DNA of 64,000 nucleotides, taken from assembly GCF_032062105.1 (NCBI RefSeq), contig NW_026930986.1, positions 124,001 through 188,000 on the forward strand, in the 5' to 3' direction. Below are positions 53,044-64,000 of this stretch, in pieces (positions within the stretch are counted from its first letter, which is position 1; the number at the start of each line of letters is the position of its first letter). The DNA is from Saccostrea cucullata (Eukaryota). Both the position numbers and the translations under genes were made by a program. The notes below the pieces were generated by a model that saw only the letters and a program-made list of their open reading frames with translations, had not been told where the DNA came from and ran no database searches.

Positions 53044-54202
53044 TTATAAAGTCGAGGGATACAGTAAAAAAAAAAAATCAAAATTGGTTGTAGAATCTAC
53101 TATGATTGTATTGTTACATTTTAGAACTGTGACACAGGAGCATCACCTGTGAAAGGTTACAAATGTTACAAATGACACCAATGAAGGATATACCCCGGTA
53201 CATGTATGAGCAACTGTAAGTACACTGTAATTTAATTCAATTTTCTCAACAGAGTCAACTCATGATGTATTTTAATAAACTTTTTTTTCAAAGAGGTTTT
53301 AGAATTAATTTTTTTGTTCTATTTATTAAAAGAAATATACTCTTACCATACTTGATTCACAAGCAAATTTAAAATTAATTGTGGGTACATGTACCTTATA
53401 ACTTACAAGTATTCTATCAATATTTGTTCAGGAAAGTTTTCCTTGTATGTACAAATTCATAAATTGAATATGTTTGAATATGTATAAAACTATTATGCAA
53501 CTGTACTTGAATACATGTATATATGAAATTGTATGAATATCTCTAACATACATAATGCATATATGTATGAGTTATGCAAGAAAGTTGCATATAAGGCCTA
53601 TAAATAACTATAGGCCTAAATAGAAATACTAGTATCCAGTGTACAGCAATGAACTATTTAGTTGCAAGTGATTTGGAAATACATGTCATCTTTGTTTTTA
53701 TTTTTTTTATTAACTTTTTTTTAACACAAAGGTTTAACACCAGAAACAGGAGGCAGTTACAAAATTAATAAATGAAGACAGAAAACTTGCAAGTGACCCT
53801 GCATGAGAACTGAACAACAGGCAGTATCTTTACCAAACAGTATTCTTTTGGAGGGAATTCTTTTAAAAGTAATTGGGGATCAGAAGTTTTTGAAGTTTAT
53901 GATGGTAAATTCACTAAATTGTTTAGGCTGCTTTTATCTTCCATTTGTTATACTTAAAATATTTTTGAGGTATTTTTTTTTCAAAGTGTAAATACTAACA
54001 ATTGGTTTAGAATTAAATGCATGATAGTGAAAAATATATCAATTTTGTTTCAACATGAAAAACATGGTAGATAAATAATGATTTTAAATTAAGGTATAAC
54101 ATGTATGTTTTTTTTTATTCCAGGGAAAAAGTTGACGATGATTATTGCAAGTGTCACTTTTTAAACTCACTTTCTTGACTGGACAGCCATAACCCCACAT
54201 AC

Positions 54203-54377
54203 AGCAAAACTTGTTTAGTACGAACACGGATATTGTGAATTTACAGATATAGCGAAGTCATCTTGGATCCCCAACTATATAAATTTAATACATTCCTTAT
54301 ATGGATATAACAAATTACGGATATAGCAAAGTAATTTCGAAGGCCCCCATGACTTCATTATAACTAACTTTTACTGT
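54203..54377. mobile_element. Tc1/mariner-type MITE (degenerate)
   Basis: ta|CAGCAAAACTTG ... CTTTTACTG|ta. Confidence 0.55.
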
Positions 54378-57300
54378 ACTGTAAACATCTGATGTGAAAA
54401 GAAAACATGGAAACATAAAGTCTAGCTGTTTCAACAAAATTGTTATATAACAGATTTCTTTTCCTTTTTACATATTTTGATTATATAATTTATACACATT
54501 TTAGATAATGTTCAGAATGAAGATTTTTTTTATTAATAATTTTTAAAAAGATTGTTTTAATATAAAAGTTGTTATATGTACAAGTACTATAGATCACATA
54601 ATTTTTTGCAATACTTTTTTTCACATCTTTGTCATTGACTCTTTTTTTAAATAGACACATTTTTCACAAATTGGTGTCAATATTCTTTTGAATCTTTAGA
54701 AATACTATTTTATGTGAGAATTAATTTTCTGAGAGCACAATGTCTTGTGTAATGGTATGAAAATAATGTTCTCTTGAATAAAATTGATTAACAGAATACA
54801 CATGAATATGTGTATCTTTACGGATTGTTAGTGATATGTTAATGATTTTTTCAATGCGGTGTTAGTTTTATAGTTAATTTAAATTCAGCACCTTTTCTCC
54901 ATTTTGTATCTAGTATTTGAAAATATTGATTACTGGGCCAAGTTTCTGTGAAAAGTTTTCAGTATGTTGTCGGTGTTGCAAGGTCTTAAAGATGCATAGT
55001 AGTATGTGCCAGTCTAGAATTTTCTTGTTTTTTCTCAAGATAATAGCAGTAATCCAATCTTTAAATTTGTTTTGCTTGGTTTCACTGTGTAACTATGGAA
55101 ACCATAAAAGTAATTTATCAATAATTTTTCTAACACCTATTTCTTTGAGATCAAACATTTTATTGTTTTTCTTAAGTTGTTATTAGATTTTGGTCATGTT
55201 ACGCCTAGAATTAGTGAATACTTTGCATTTTTAGCATTTAAAATGATTTTCAAATATACCCATATTTACCATTGACTTACATGTACATATAATTTTCTAA
55301 ACATTTTCTGCGTGGCATAAAATTACAACAAGGTGTGTAGTTTTTGTGAGAATGATTTGTTGGTTTTGCCTAGATTTTATTAAATGTTCAAGTGGAGATT
55401 TCAAGTAACCCAAAGTCTAATTTTTCAAAATTTTCTGTCTGTTTCTATGGCAACCAAGATACTTAGCAACCAAATTTTATTTGATATTTATTTCTGGTAT
55501 CAAGTAGTACTAATGGGGAAAGTTTCATCAGAATCAGTTCATGAAAAAGAAGTCTAATTGTTTATAGAAAATAGCCATAAAAGAGCTACTTTTTTCTAGA
55601 TATTCAGTTATCTGCCCTTTTTAAAGGATCATAGAGAAACAATAATAAAACAATTAATTTTGATTAATTTTATTTAATAGCTTTTAAAAATTGAAAGCAT
55701 TTATTATTCATTTGATTTCTCGTATTCATAAGAAAAAACTGTTCAGAAAAGAATTTTTATTAAACAACTAGTGCCTGGTAAAATTTTGAAAAAAACCCAA
55801 ATTATTTGGCAAAATGCCAATTTTCAAAGTTAAAAATATTTTAAACGAATAAAATACCCACTCTAATTTTTATATAGGTTGAATAACATTATTATAGTGT
55901 TTTTAAAATTTAAGTTGATTTTTTCTCGTAGTGCCTGCATTCTTTGGGAGGCCTCTTGAAAAATAGGGTAAAAATGGCCATTTTCGAAATGTTAGAATTT
56001 GGTCATCTTTGAGCCACCAATTGAAGAATTTGCAGTGACATTTAGAATTTTTTTTTATTTGTGTAATATATTGCTCCATATGTTCTGCATATATAATGTA
56101 TTATTTATCTTAGAATAATAAAGGTGATTTTACCTTATGAAATGAATTATACAGCATTTTTATGTGTGAAATGGGCGTAAATGGGGCCAAAATCTATTTT
56201 TGTCCGTTACCATGGCAACCAAGGTAGTAACCTTAATTTTGAATGTTGATTATGTCATACTGTATGAACATTAATCACCTGAAAAAGTTTCATCAAAATC
56301 GCTCATGGTGTGTGCCACAGCCCTACAGTAAGATTTTGGTCCTTACAGAGAATTGATGTTAATGCTTCAAACTTATCAATATATAATAGAAAATTTTTTT
56401 AATTCATCTGCATTTTGTTTAAACCTGCATGAACTCATAGATGTATAGAGAAATACAACTCTAGATAAATGTAACCTATATACTGTACATGTGCTAAAAA
56501 AAAGTGGGCTTCATATTCAAGAATGTGCTGCCTAATTCATGAATACCGCTAAGAAATCATTTCCAAATACAAAACAAAGCAGGAACATGTGTAGCCCTAA
56601 TTCATGATTACGCTAAAAACTCTATACCCCTTGATTCCGCTAAATTTTGAATATGCCAATTCATGTACATGTACAGTATCTTTACCATCTTATTAGTTTG
56701 CTGATTTGAAATGATAATCACACACACATGTAATTTTCTGGTTATTTATTTCAATCAATTTGTGCAAAATTTAATATTAGAATTTTGTACATGCTCAAAT
56801 GTTTACAAATGTAAAATTATATTTTAAAAAATGAAGTTCAAATTTAAACAAACTCAAATCAATTACCCTTACAACTTTCAAAGATGACAATTGGCCAAAG
56901 AAAATACATGAGCAAAGATCCCAGGAGTAAATTTGCTGACCTTTTTAGCTAGCCCTGTAATTTTCCAGTATAAGAGACAAAAGCATAGCCGTACAACATA
57001 CTAGTATATACATGTATATATATACAGAAGTTTTACACTCTAGTTAGGTATCATGTAGACTTTGTTGCTTATCACCCTAAAACAAAAGTATTTACACCTC
57101 ATCGGACCTTATTTCTCACTATGTGTGCAACATACCAAATCTCAACTGCAGAGAAACGGAGGCATGGTGATAAAACATCGACAATGTTATCTAGTGGGGC
57201 TTATTGCAATTAACTTCTCATCAATTTGTCTCCTTTTTTGGATTTTTATGTGGACAAGATTTAGCTTTTATTGGATAATTGACTGATTTGTATTTAGAGG

Positions 57301-58598
57301 CCTAAATAGGATTACTTTCATGTTTACAAGGAAAATTAATATAAAATCAATAAGTTCATTATAAACTATTTTGGTGATTTTTTATAACACAATCTTCATA
57401 TAAGGAGTTAAAACATCCGACCTCATTTTCTCCTTGATTTCATAGAAGTCAATCAAAACTGTGCAACAATACACAAAATGCTTATACCTGTATGTACTTA
57501 CAATATGTATACTAAGTTTCTGTTCCATGAAAGAGTTAAAGATCAAAGGAGTTGGCAAATCATCTGCATGCCATTAGTAAAATGCATACAAAATGTGCCA
57601 GTAGTGTTACTTATACTAAAATATTGATCAGAATTAATTAAAAAAAAAATTATCTACAATCATGTTTAATGAATATGGATAGATGGAAAACATTTAATTT
57701 CTAATGAAAATATTAGTCCATGAGTAATTGGTATACTGTATTAAGGCAAAGCTCCTGATAACTCAAATCTCTCAAAAAATAGTGCTTGCAATATTTTTCA
57801 ACTTGAAATCCACCCCATCTCCACCTTTCAAAAATAAAAATTACCTGTCCATTAAAACCTTCAATTACTATATCAATAAATTATCCTGACAAATTTTGCG
57901 ACATGCAATTACACTGCAAGAATTGACAGGAACAAGCAACAGCAAATTTAGACAAATGAATGTCCTGATTACTTGTCTTATAACTTGACATATATCTATC
58001 GTTCATTATTTTTCCACTCACCATTTTCCATCGCCCCTTTTCCTGTGATCCAATCTGCTACTTATGGCAGGTCGCTCGTCAAACATCAGTCATACATAGG
58101 TGATCACTTCCTAACGATTGCAGCCTTCATTAAGGGTCTCCACTTCTTAGTACTTGAATTCACTTTATTCCATTACACTTAATTACTTCACTTCCTCGAC
58201 ACTTCAGATAAACATCCCCACTGACACATTTAATGTTTCCTCCCCTTTCTTAAAATGTAGATAGGTAAAATGCCATCTGACCCCAAATTAAAAAAACAGG
58301 TTACAAATTACTATAATTCATATAAATGGCCAGAAATAATTTTGCAAGGTAATAAACATGTTATTGATCACTTTATCACATTTAGATAAGATGTGACATA
58401 TATAGAAAAGGGAATATAAAGAACAGAATTTAAATTGAATTTCAATAAATAGGTTTTAAAAAATCACATTGAAAAATTAAGTAGTTATCGAAAATTCCAC
58501 TTATATAAAAAAGTTATATTTGTGTTTTTATAAAATTTAAAAGAGTATTATTTCATGCATTTTATTTTTTCAAAAAATATATATCTCATTTTTGGTCA

Positions 58599-61500
58599 TC
58601 ATGCATAAATATTTTTTGTAACAAGTGATTTGACGATGACACGAGCAAATGTTTGTTGCACCACGCGATAGAGAGTCCGATATTTAATGGCCAGCTCCTG
58701 TTTAGGAGTGTCTATTTTTAGCTTCTTTTTGAGCGGCACATATGACCTGTCTAGGTCTGAGAGTTCCGATTCCAGTAAGTTACTAGCAGCCGTCAGGTGT
58801 GACATACACACTCGACCAATCTGATGGAGGAATGACGTCACATCCTCACACAGTGGGGGGAAAGCTTGACACACCTTTGTCAGGCACGGAACAGTCTCAA
58901 GGAAAAAATTCACTCTCTCTGTGTTCTCCAACACTGAAAATATTTTAAGACTCATTAACAGTTTTACATACTCACCTACAAGATTATCAATTACTTTACA
59001 AAGTACACATAAGTATATTAGGATTAATTTTCATGTTGATTTTGCTAAACAACCCTTTCTTTATCACCACTGCATAACAATGTCTTGAAAAAAAAAAAAT
59101 TAATACAGTAAAACACACTCCTAACAAAGTGCAAGGGACAGTTGATTTTGAATTTATCATAAACAGTACCAATGTTTACCCAATAATACACATATGTACT
59201 GTATACAGGGTTATTTTCGCCCCAAAAATTGGCAAAAATTTCCCTGTATACAGTATTTCAAAGTCATTGTGAATAAAAAGAATTTCACTGTATCATCAAA
59301 TCGTTTTAAGTATGTTTACCATAAGCATGTATTACTGTAATTAAAGTCAGCTGAGCCCAGTTATAGTAAACATGACATTAAGAAATTAAGCTGTGCAACT
59401 GAAATCGGGGTAAGGCATACTGACAACACAGGTGGGACATCAGTTTGATGGCAAAGATCTAACAAAAAAATTAAAACGGTGAAAAAATTTCCCAGATTTA
59501 CTGTATACAGTATTTCAAAGTCATTGTGAATAAAAAGAATTTCACTGTATCATCAAATCGTTTTAAGTATGTTTACCATAAGCATGTATTACTGTAATAC
59601 AAACAAAGTCAGCATATCTAATGGAAGATACAAAGTAAACATGACATTGATACAGGAATAAAGCTTAAAGCCACAATAAGTTTAAGCATGTAGGGGTAAG
59701 ACCTGCAGCCTGGGACAACACAGGTGGGACATCAGATGTGTATGGAGGGAATGGCGGTAAAGTGTGTCTGGGTAACAAAACAAATTCATGAAATATGAAA
59801 ATCAATCACAATGAAAAGCATTCCAGGAAAGAATTTACTTGATAAAGGTAAATGTAGTTTAATTTTAATACTGTAAATCTGGAAATTTTTGCTGTAGATA
59901 AATTTTTTGCAAATTTGCGAGTTCATTGCATTCGCAAAAATATTTTTCTTAAAAATAAATTACCAATAAGAAAATGTAAACAATTGCAGTGGTAACCTGT
60001 GCAAAATTTTGAAACGTAAAAATTAATCAACACCATTTTGACCCGAATTCGCAAAATAAAATCGACGTAGAAATTTCCAGATTTACGGTATTAACTCTGA
60101 TATGTAAGATTTGTTTCTGCAATAAACACTTGTATAGAGTAATCATTGTCTGAAATTATGATTCAATTAACCAAATGGAAGCATATCTAATACAACAAAA
60201 CACGTAAAAGGATACTAAATAGGAGGGCACCTGTAAATAAAGCAGGCTTGATCTTATTTGCACCTGTAAATAAAGCATACAGGCTCAGGTAAATAAAGTA
60301 TGTAACAAGATGTAAAGCAAACAATAAGTTTAAGCATGTAGAGTTCTCAAACAACCTTTTAGTTAGCCTGACCTGTTTTTCAGCCTGGGGCTGTCAAATT
60401 GGAGTGAAGAAATTAAGAACTATCATAAAATGGGAATATAATCTATAACAAAGATGTGTGACATGGAAAAAAGCCTTTATGAAATTGCAATGTTTTAGAA
60501 CTCTTCAGAAAACAAGTGTGGGGTTCGGTAACAGTGTGTAGCACTTTTGGGGTAACCCTGAAATAACAGTACAACTCATGTTTTATATTATTTACATAGC
60601 TAACGAAAGAAATTATTCTACCTAACTTGAAAAGCATTCCAGGAAAGAATTCTCAATGTCTGTGATAAAGTCTGTATCTTTACTTCTATTTAATTTCTGA
60701 ATATCAAAGTAGATGAGTAATTCATGGAAGTAACAAGCTTGGCAAGGTGGGGTTCTGTGATGAAGAGTTGGTGTATAAAGGAACAGATGATACACTGAAT
60801 CTCACGACAGTTGTTCAACAGACTCTCCTGTCCCTACAAACAAGATATCAAAGGAAAATTTACTTTTTTATGAAATGAAAAATGATATTTAGATTAATAT
60901 CAATCTGAACTGCCCTTGACTTCAATAAATATTTCTAACTTGCATTCAGATTGCTTTTTAATATCATTGGAAAATATTTTGACACCTGTGGTAATTTTTT
61001 TTATGAGTAAATCAATTAAATGAAAAGGATTATTACTACATACTGTCCTTTATACAATGTATTTAGAACTTTACATGTGAAGACTTGATCATACTTTACC
61101 TCCCTTTGCTCCTCCTACGGTGGGGAGACAACTCTCATACAAGTAGTATCTGTATAATGGCACTCTCCTGGGCGGCTATTACATGAGTTTGTATAGTATT
61201 TTAACAGGTCCAGCCTCTCCCTCTGCATGTACCTGGGCCGCATAATCTCCAATTTTCAATTGGATTTTCGACAGCATGTGATTGTGTAGGTAGACTCGTG
61301 AAGACTGGCCTTGGAGATAGGTCTGACAAAACACGTAACAGGATGTCTAATAGAGGAGGGCACCTGTAAATAAAGCAAATAGCATCGCCTGCAACTACAA
61401 CAAAACAGTGCTGTAAAAGGATGTCTAATATAGGAGGGCACCTGTAAATAAAGCAAATAGACTCAACTACAACAAAACACTTAACAGGATGTCTAACACA

Positions 61501-63930
61501 TTAGGAGGGCACCTGTAAATAAAGCATACAGGCTCAGTGTTAGGTAAACAAAGAATATCACCAAAAAATGTAACAAGATGTCAAACACACAGGTGTGGGG
61601 GCAACCTGTTAAGGACAAACACAATAGTAGTGCAACTATCAAATATGTATAAATGTAACAAATAGGCTTAATTTACTAAAGAAATTCAGAAAACAAATGT
61701 AACAAGGATGTAAATATACTGGAGTGAAGAAAAAGAAATTTTAAAAGGTTTCCCTATATATCATAAAATGCTTAACAGGATTTCCAATACAAGACATCCA
61801 CATGAGTTTCATCTTTTATTTTCTATAACAAAGATTTTTCCTATATTTGAGAGTCCTGACATTTTGGCCCCAAAAAAGCCTTTATGATTTGAAAATTGCA
61901 ATGTTTTGAACTTTCTGTCCTAGTGGTTCTTGAAAACAAGTGTTAAAGATTTTTCTTATATGTCCTATGTAAAATGTATTACATTTGGCTGTGTATTCTT
62001 TTTTAGCACTGAGGATGATTCCACATGAGTTTCATCTTTCCTGGAATACACTCTGGAGGAGAAGATTTTTCAAGTACAACTCTATATGTTTATATACTTA
62101 TGGCCATTTACATAAATAAGATTTGAACATAAGAAATACGCTGATTCCACATAATCTTTCCTACAGTGGCTGGAGAAGAAGATTTTTAAAAATTTTTCAT
62201 ATATATTCCGCCAAATATTCGAACAAACGAATCCAAATGTAATATATTTACAGTATTGGAGAAAAAAATTTGGGTTATGTTTTCATATATATCTTAGAAA
62301 AAAAGTGATGAGGTAATTCATGGCAACATAATGCATTGACTAGCCATCCACAGTGGGTTTCATCTGATATCATTGGCCCTGGAGAGAAAATTCATTAATT
62401 TTTAACCAGAGTACTTTCTATAGGTGACAATTTAATGTCATTACCCTGAAGACACGTTCATCACAGTGGTTCTGAGAAGAAGATGAGTATTATCAGACAA
62501 CAACGGGTCTATAGTGACAAATGTCATTACCTGAAGACACGTTCAGCTCACATCTGAGTATTATCAGTGGCATTGTCTACAGTGATTGGTTCATTACCTG
62601 AAGACACGTTCATCACATCTGAGTACAAACTTATACACTACCTGGGATGCTATATAAATGTCAATTATGGCTTTGCCTGAAGAAGATTTTTAAAGAATTT
62701 TCTATCACAAACTGAGTATTATCAGGGGGAACAAACTTAATTCTACTGTAATGATGCTTCATATATATGAGCAATTAGGCTCTGCTGTTCATCACAGAAG
62801 ATTTTTAAAGAATTTTCCTATATATTTCTATGTAAAATGTCATTTTGGACCCCCGGGGGACACGTTCATCTACATCTGATGCTTATTATCAGAGCAATTA
62901 TGGCTTTGCTGTTCTTAGAAGAAAATTTTAAATGTCATTTTCCTATATATTTCTAGTAAAACTTTGGTCAGCCATTGTTCCCCTGACCCCCAGGGCATGA
63001 ATTCACAGTGGACATTACCTGGGGATGCTTCCATATAAAACAGCAAAACTTTGCTGTTCTTAATAAATTTTTGAAAGAATTTTCCTATATATTTCATGTC
63101 ATTTCATCATTTGGCCCCGCCCTACTCAAATACTTGAATCATACAATGATTTTCCATATTAATATGCAATTTGGCTTAATGCTGTTCATTAAGAAGAAGA
63201 TTTGGAAAGAATATATATTTCTATATAAAATCTCAATTACATGAGTTTGAACAAATAGTATCTACACTACATATGCTTCCATATAAATATATATATATCT
63301 TAAAAAATTGCTGATCACCCTATATCTTTGCATGTAACTAGTACAAAAAAGGAAGAACCATAATCATTCACAATTTTCAATCACTGCCATTTAATCGTAA
63401 GTTTCAGTGTTTTACCTTCGTGGAGATTTTTAAAACACCACCAAGAAGGAACCAGATTTTCCCCTTGATCAGGTCCACTATTTTCCTGGGCACCACCTCA
63501 TCCAGCATAATGTGGAGAGAGGAAACCACGGGCTCAGCAAACTGTAACAAGTCTGGGGCGGACATCTTCAGCATCGCCTGCAGCTGGGGAGATCATCTTC
63601 ATTGGACAGGTAGTTAGATTCCTCAGTGCTGTAAACAGAGGAAATTTAAATCAATATTTTGACCTCTTTTCAAACTGCAAACCATCTTCCCAATGAAACC
63701 AAACTCTAATGCAGTTCTTTAATATAATATCCTTCTTTTTAGCAGATAGACAATGCTGGCCTACAACACACATGAGTTGCACCCAGATCTTACCATCAGG
63801 TTGAAGTTAGTGATGGTCACAGGGCATATTGTACATGACTGAGGTCTCTGCCACTAGAGATTCTCTGATCAGTTTCTCCTCCAACCAGTCCTCAACGACA
63901 CACAGGTGTGGATAGTGGGTCACCAGTAAC
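58599..63930 (-). CDS. INTS2: Integrator complex subunit 2, 3' portion (5' end beyond window; indel-ridden here)
   Basis: Exon 63930-63794 (LLVTHYPHLCVVEDW) and 63628-63416 (VPRKIVDLI..IWFLL). Shards at 62330-62890 (LWM..VNAL; IDPLIILRCDERVFR). Exons 61363-61100 (CPPLLDILL..AAQESAIIQILL), 60833 to about 60724 (REIQCIICSFIHQLFITEPHLAKLV) and about 59458-59380 (IFAIKLMSHLCCQYALP). Intact last exon 58933-58599 (CQAFPPLCEDVTSFLHQIGRVC). Confidence 0.85.
59871..60088. mobile_element. Tc1/mariner-type MITE
   Basis: ta|CTGTAAATCTGGAAATTT ... AAATTTCCAGATTTACGG|ta. Confidence 0.8.
61640..63340. repeat. Scrambled satellite/HINE-like repeat sequence
   Basis: Recurring fragments GAAGAAGATTTTTAAAG..TTTTCCTATATATTTCTATGTAAA without stable periodicity. 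Confidence 0.55.
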
Positions 63931-64000
63931 CTATAAATAGAGTGATACAATCTATCAAACACAGGTGTGGATAGTGGGTCACCAGTAACCTATAAATAGA
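63901..64000 (-). repeat. 59-bp-period repeat reiterating an INTS2 acceptor plus exon start
   Basis: CACAGGTGTGGATAGTGGGTCACCAGTAACCTATAAATAGA at 63901 and 63960. Confidence 0.85.

Overview
AT-rich, intron-containing animal genomic DNA. The repeat families (Helentron/HINE-like elements with satellite arrays, Penelope fragments, many TIR MITEs) suggest a bivalve, probably an oyster; this is inference. I reconstructed five genes by hand from GT-AG exons. They are TMEM97 (+, 3 coding exons), DNAJC30 (-, single coding exon) lying head-to-head with BUD23/WBSCR22 (+, 11 exons), an AIFM3-like Rieske-[2Fe-2S]/FAD oxidoreductase (-), and the 3' part of INTS2 (-). INTS2 lies in a jumbled, indel-rich stretch that looks like poor assembly. 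The standout is the AIFM3-like gene. It has two tandem 116-nt mutually exclusive exons encoding the same NAD(P)H-binding helix/strand. One ends the strand in Asp (NADH-type) and the other in Ala-Arg (NADPH-type). A perfect 21-nt intronic inverted repeat is positioned to loop out one exon, as in docking/selector splicing. The same gene has two alternative first coding exons with different N-acylation motifs and a long acidic spacer. Tandem repeats spanning splice junctions recur in three genes. The first 10 kb is a nested transposon stack that includes two apparently identical hAT MITE copies.
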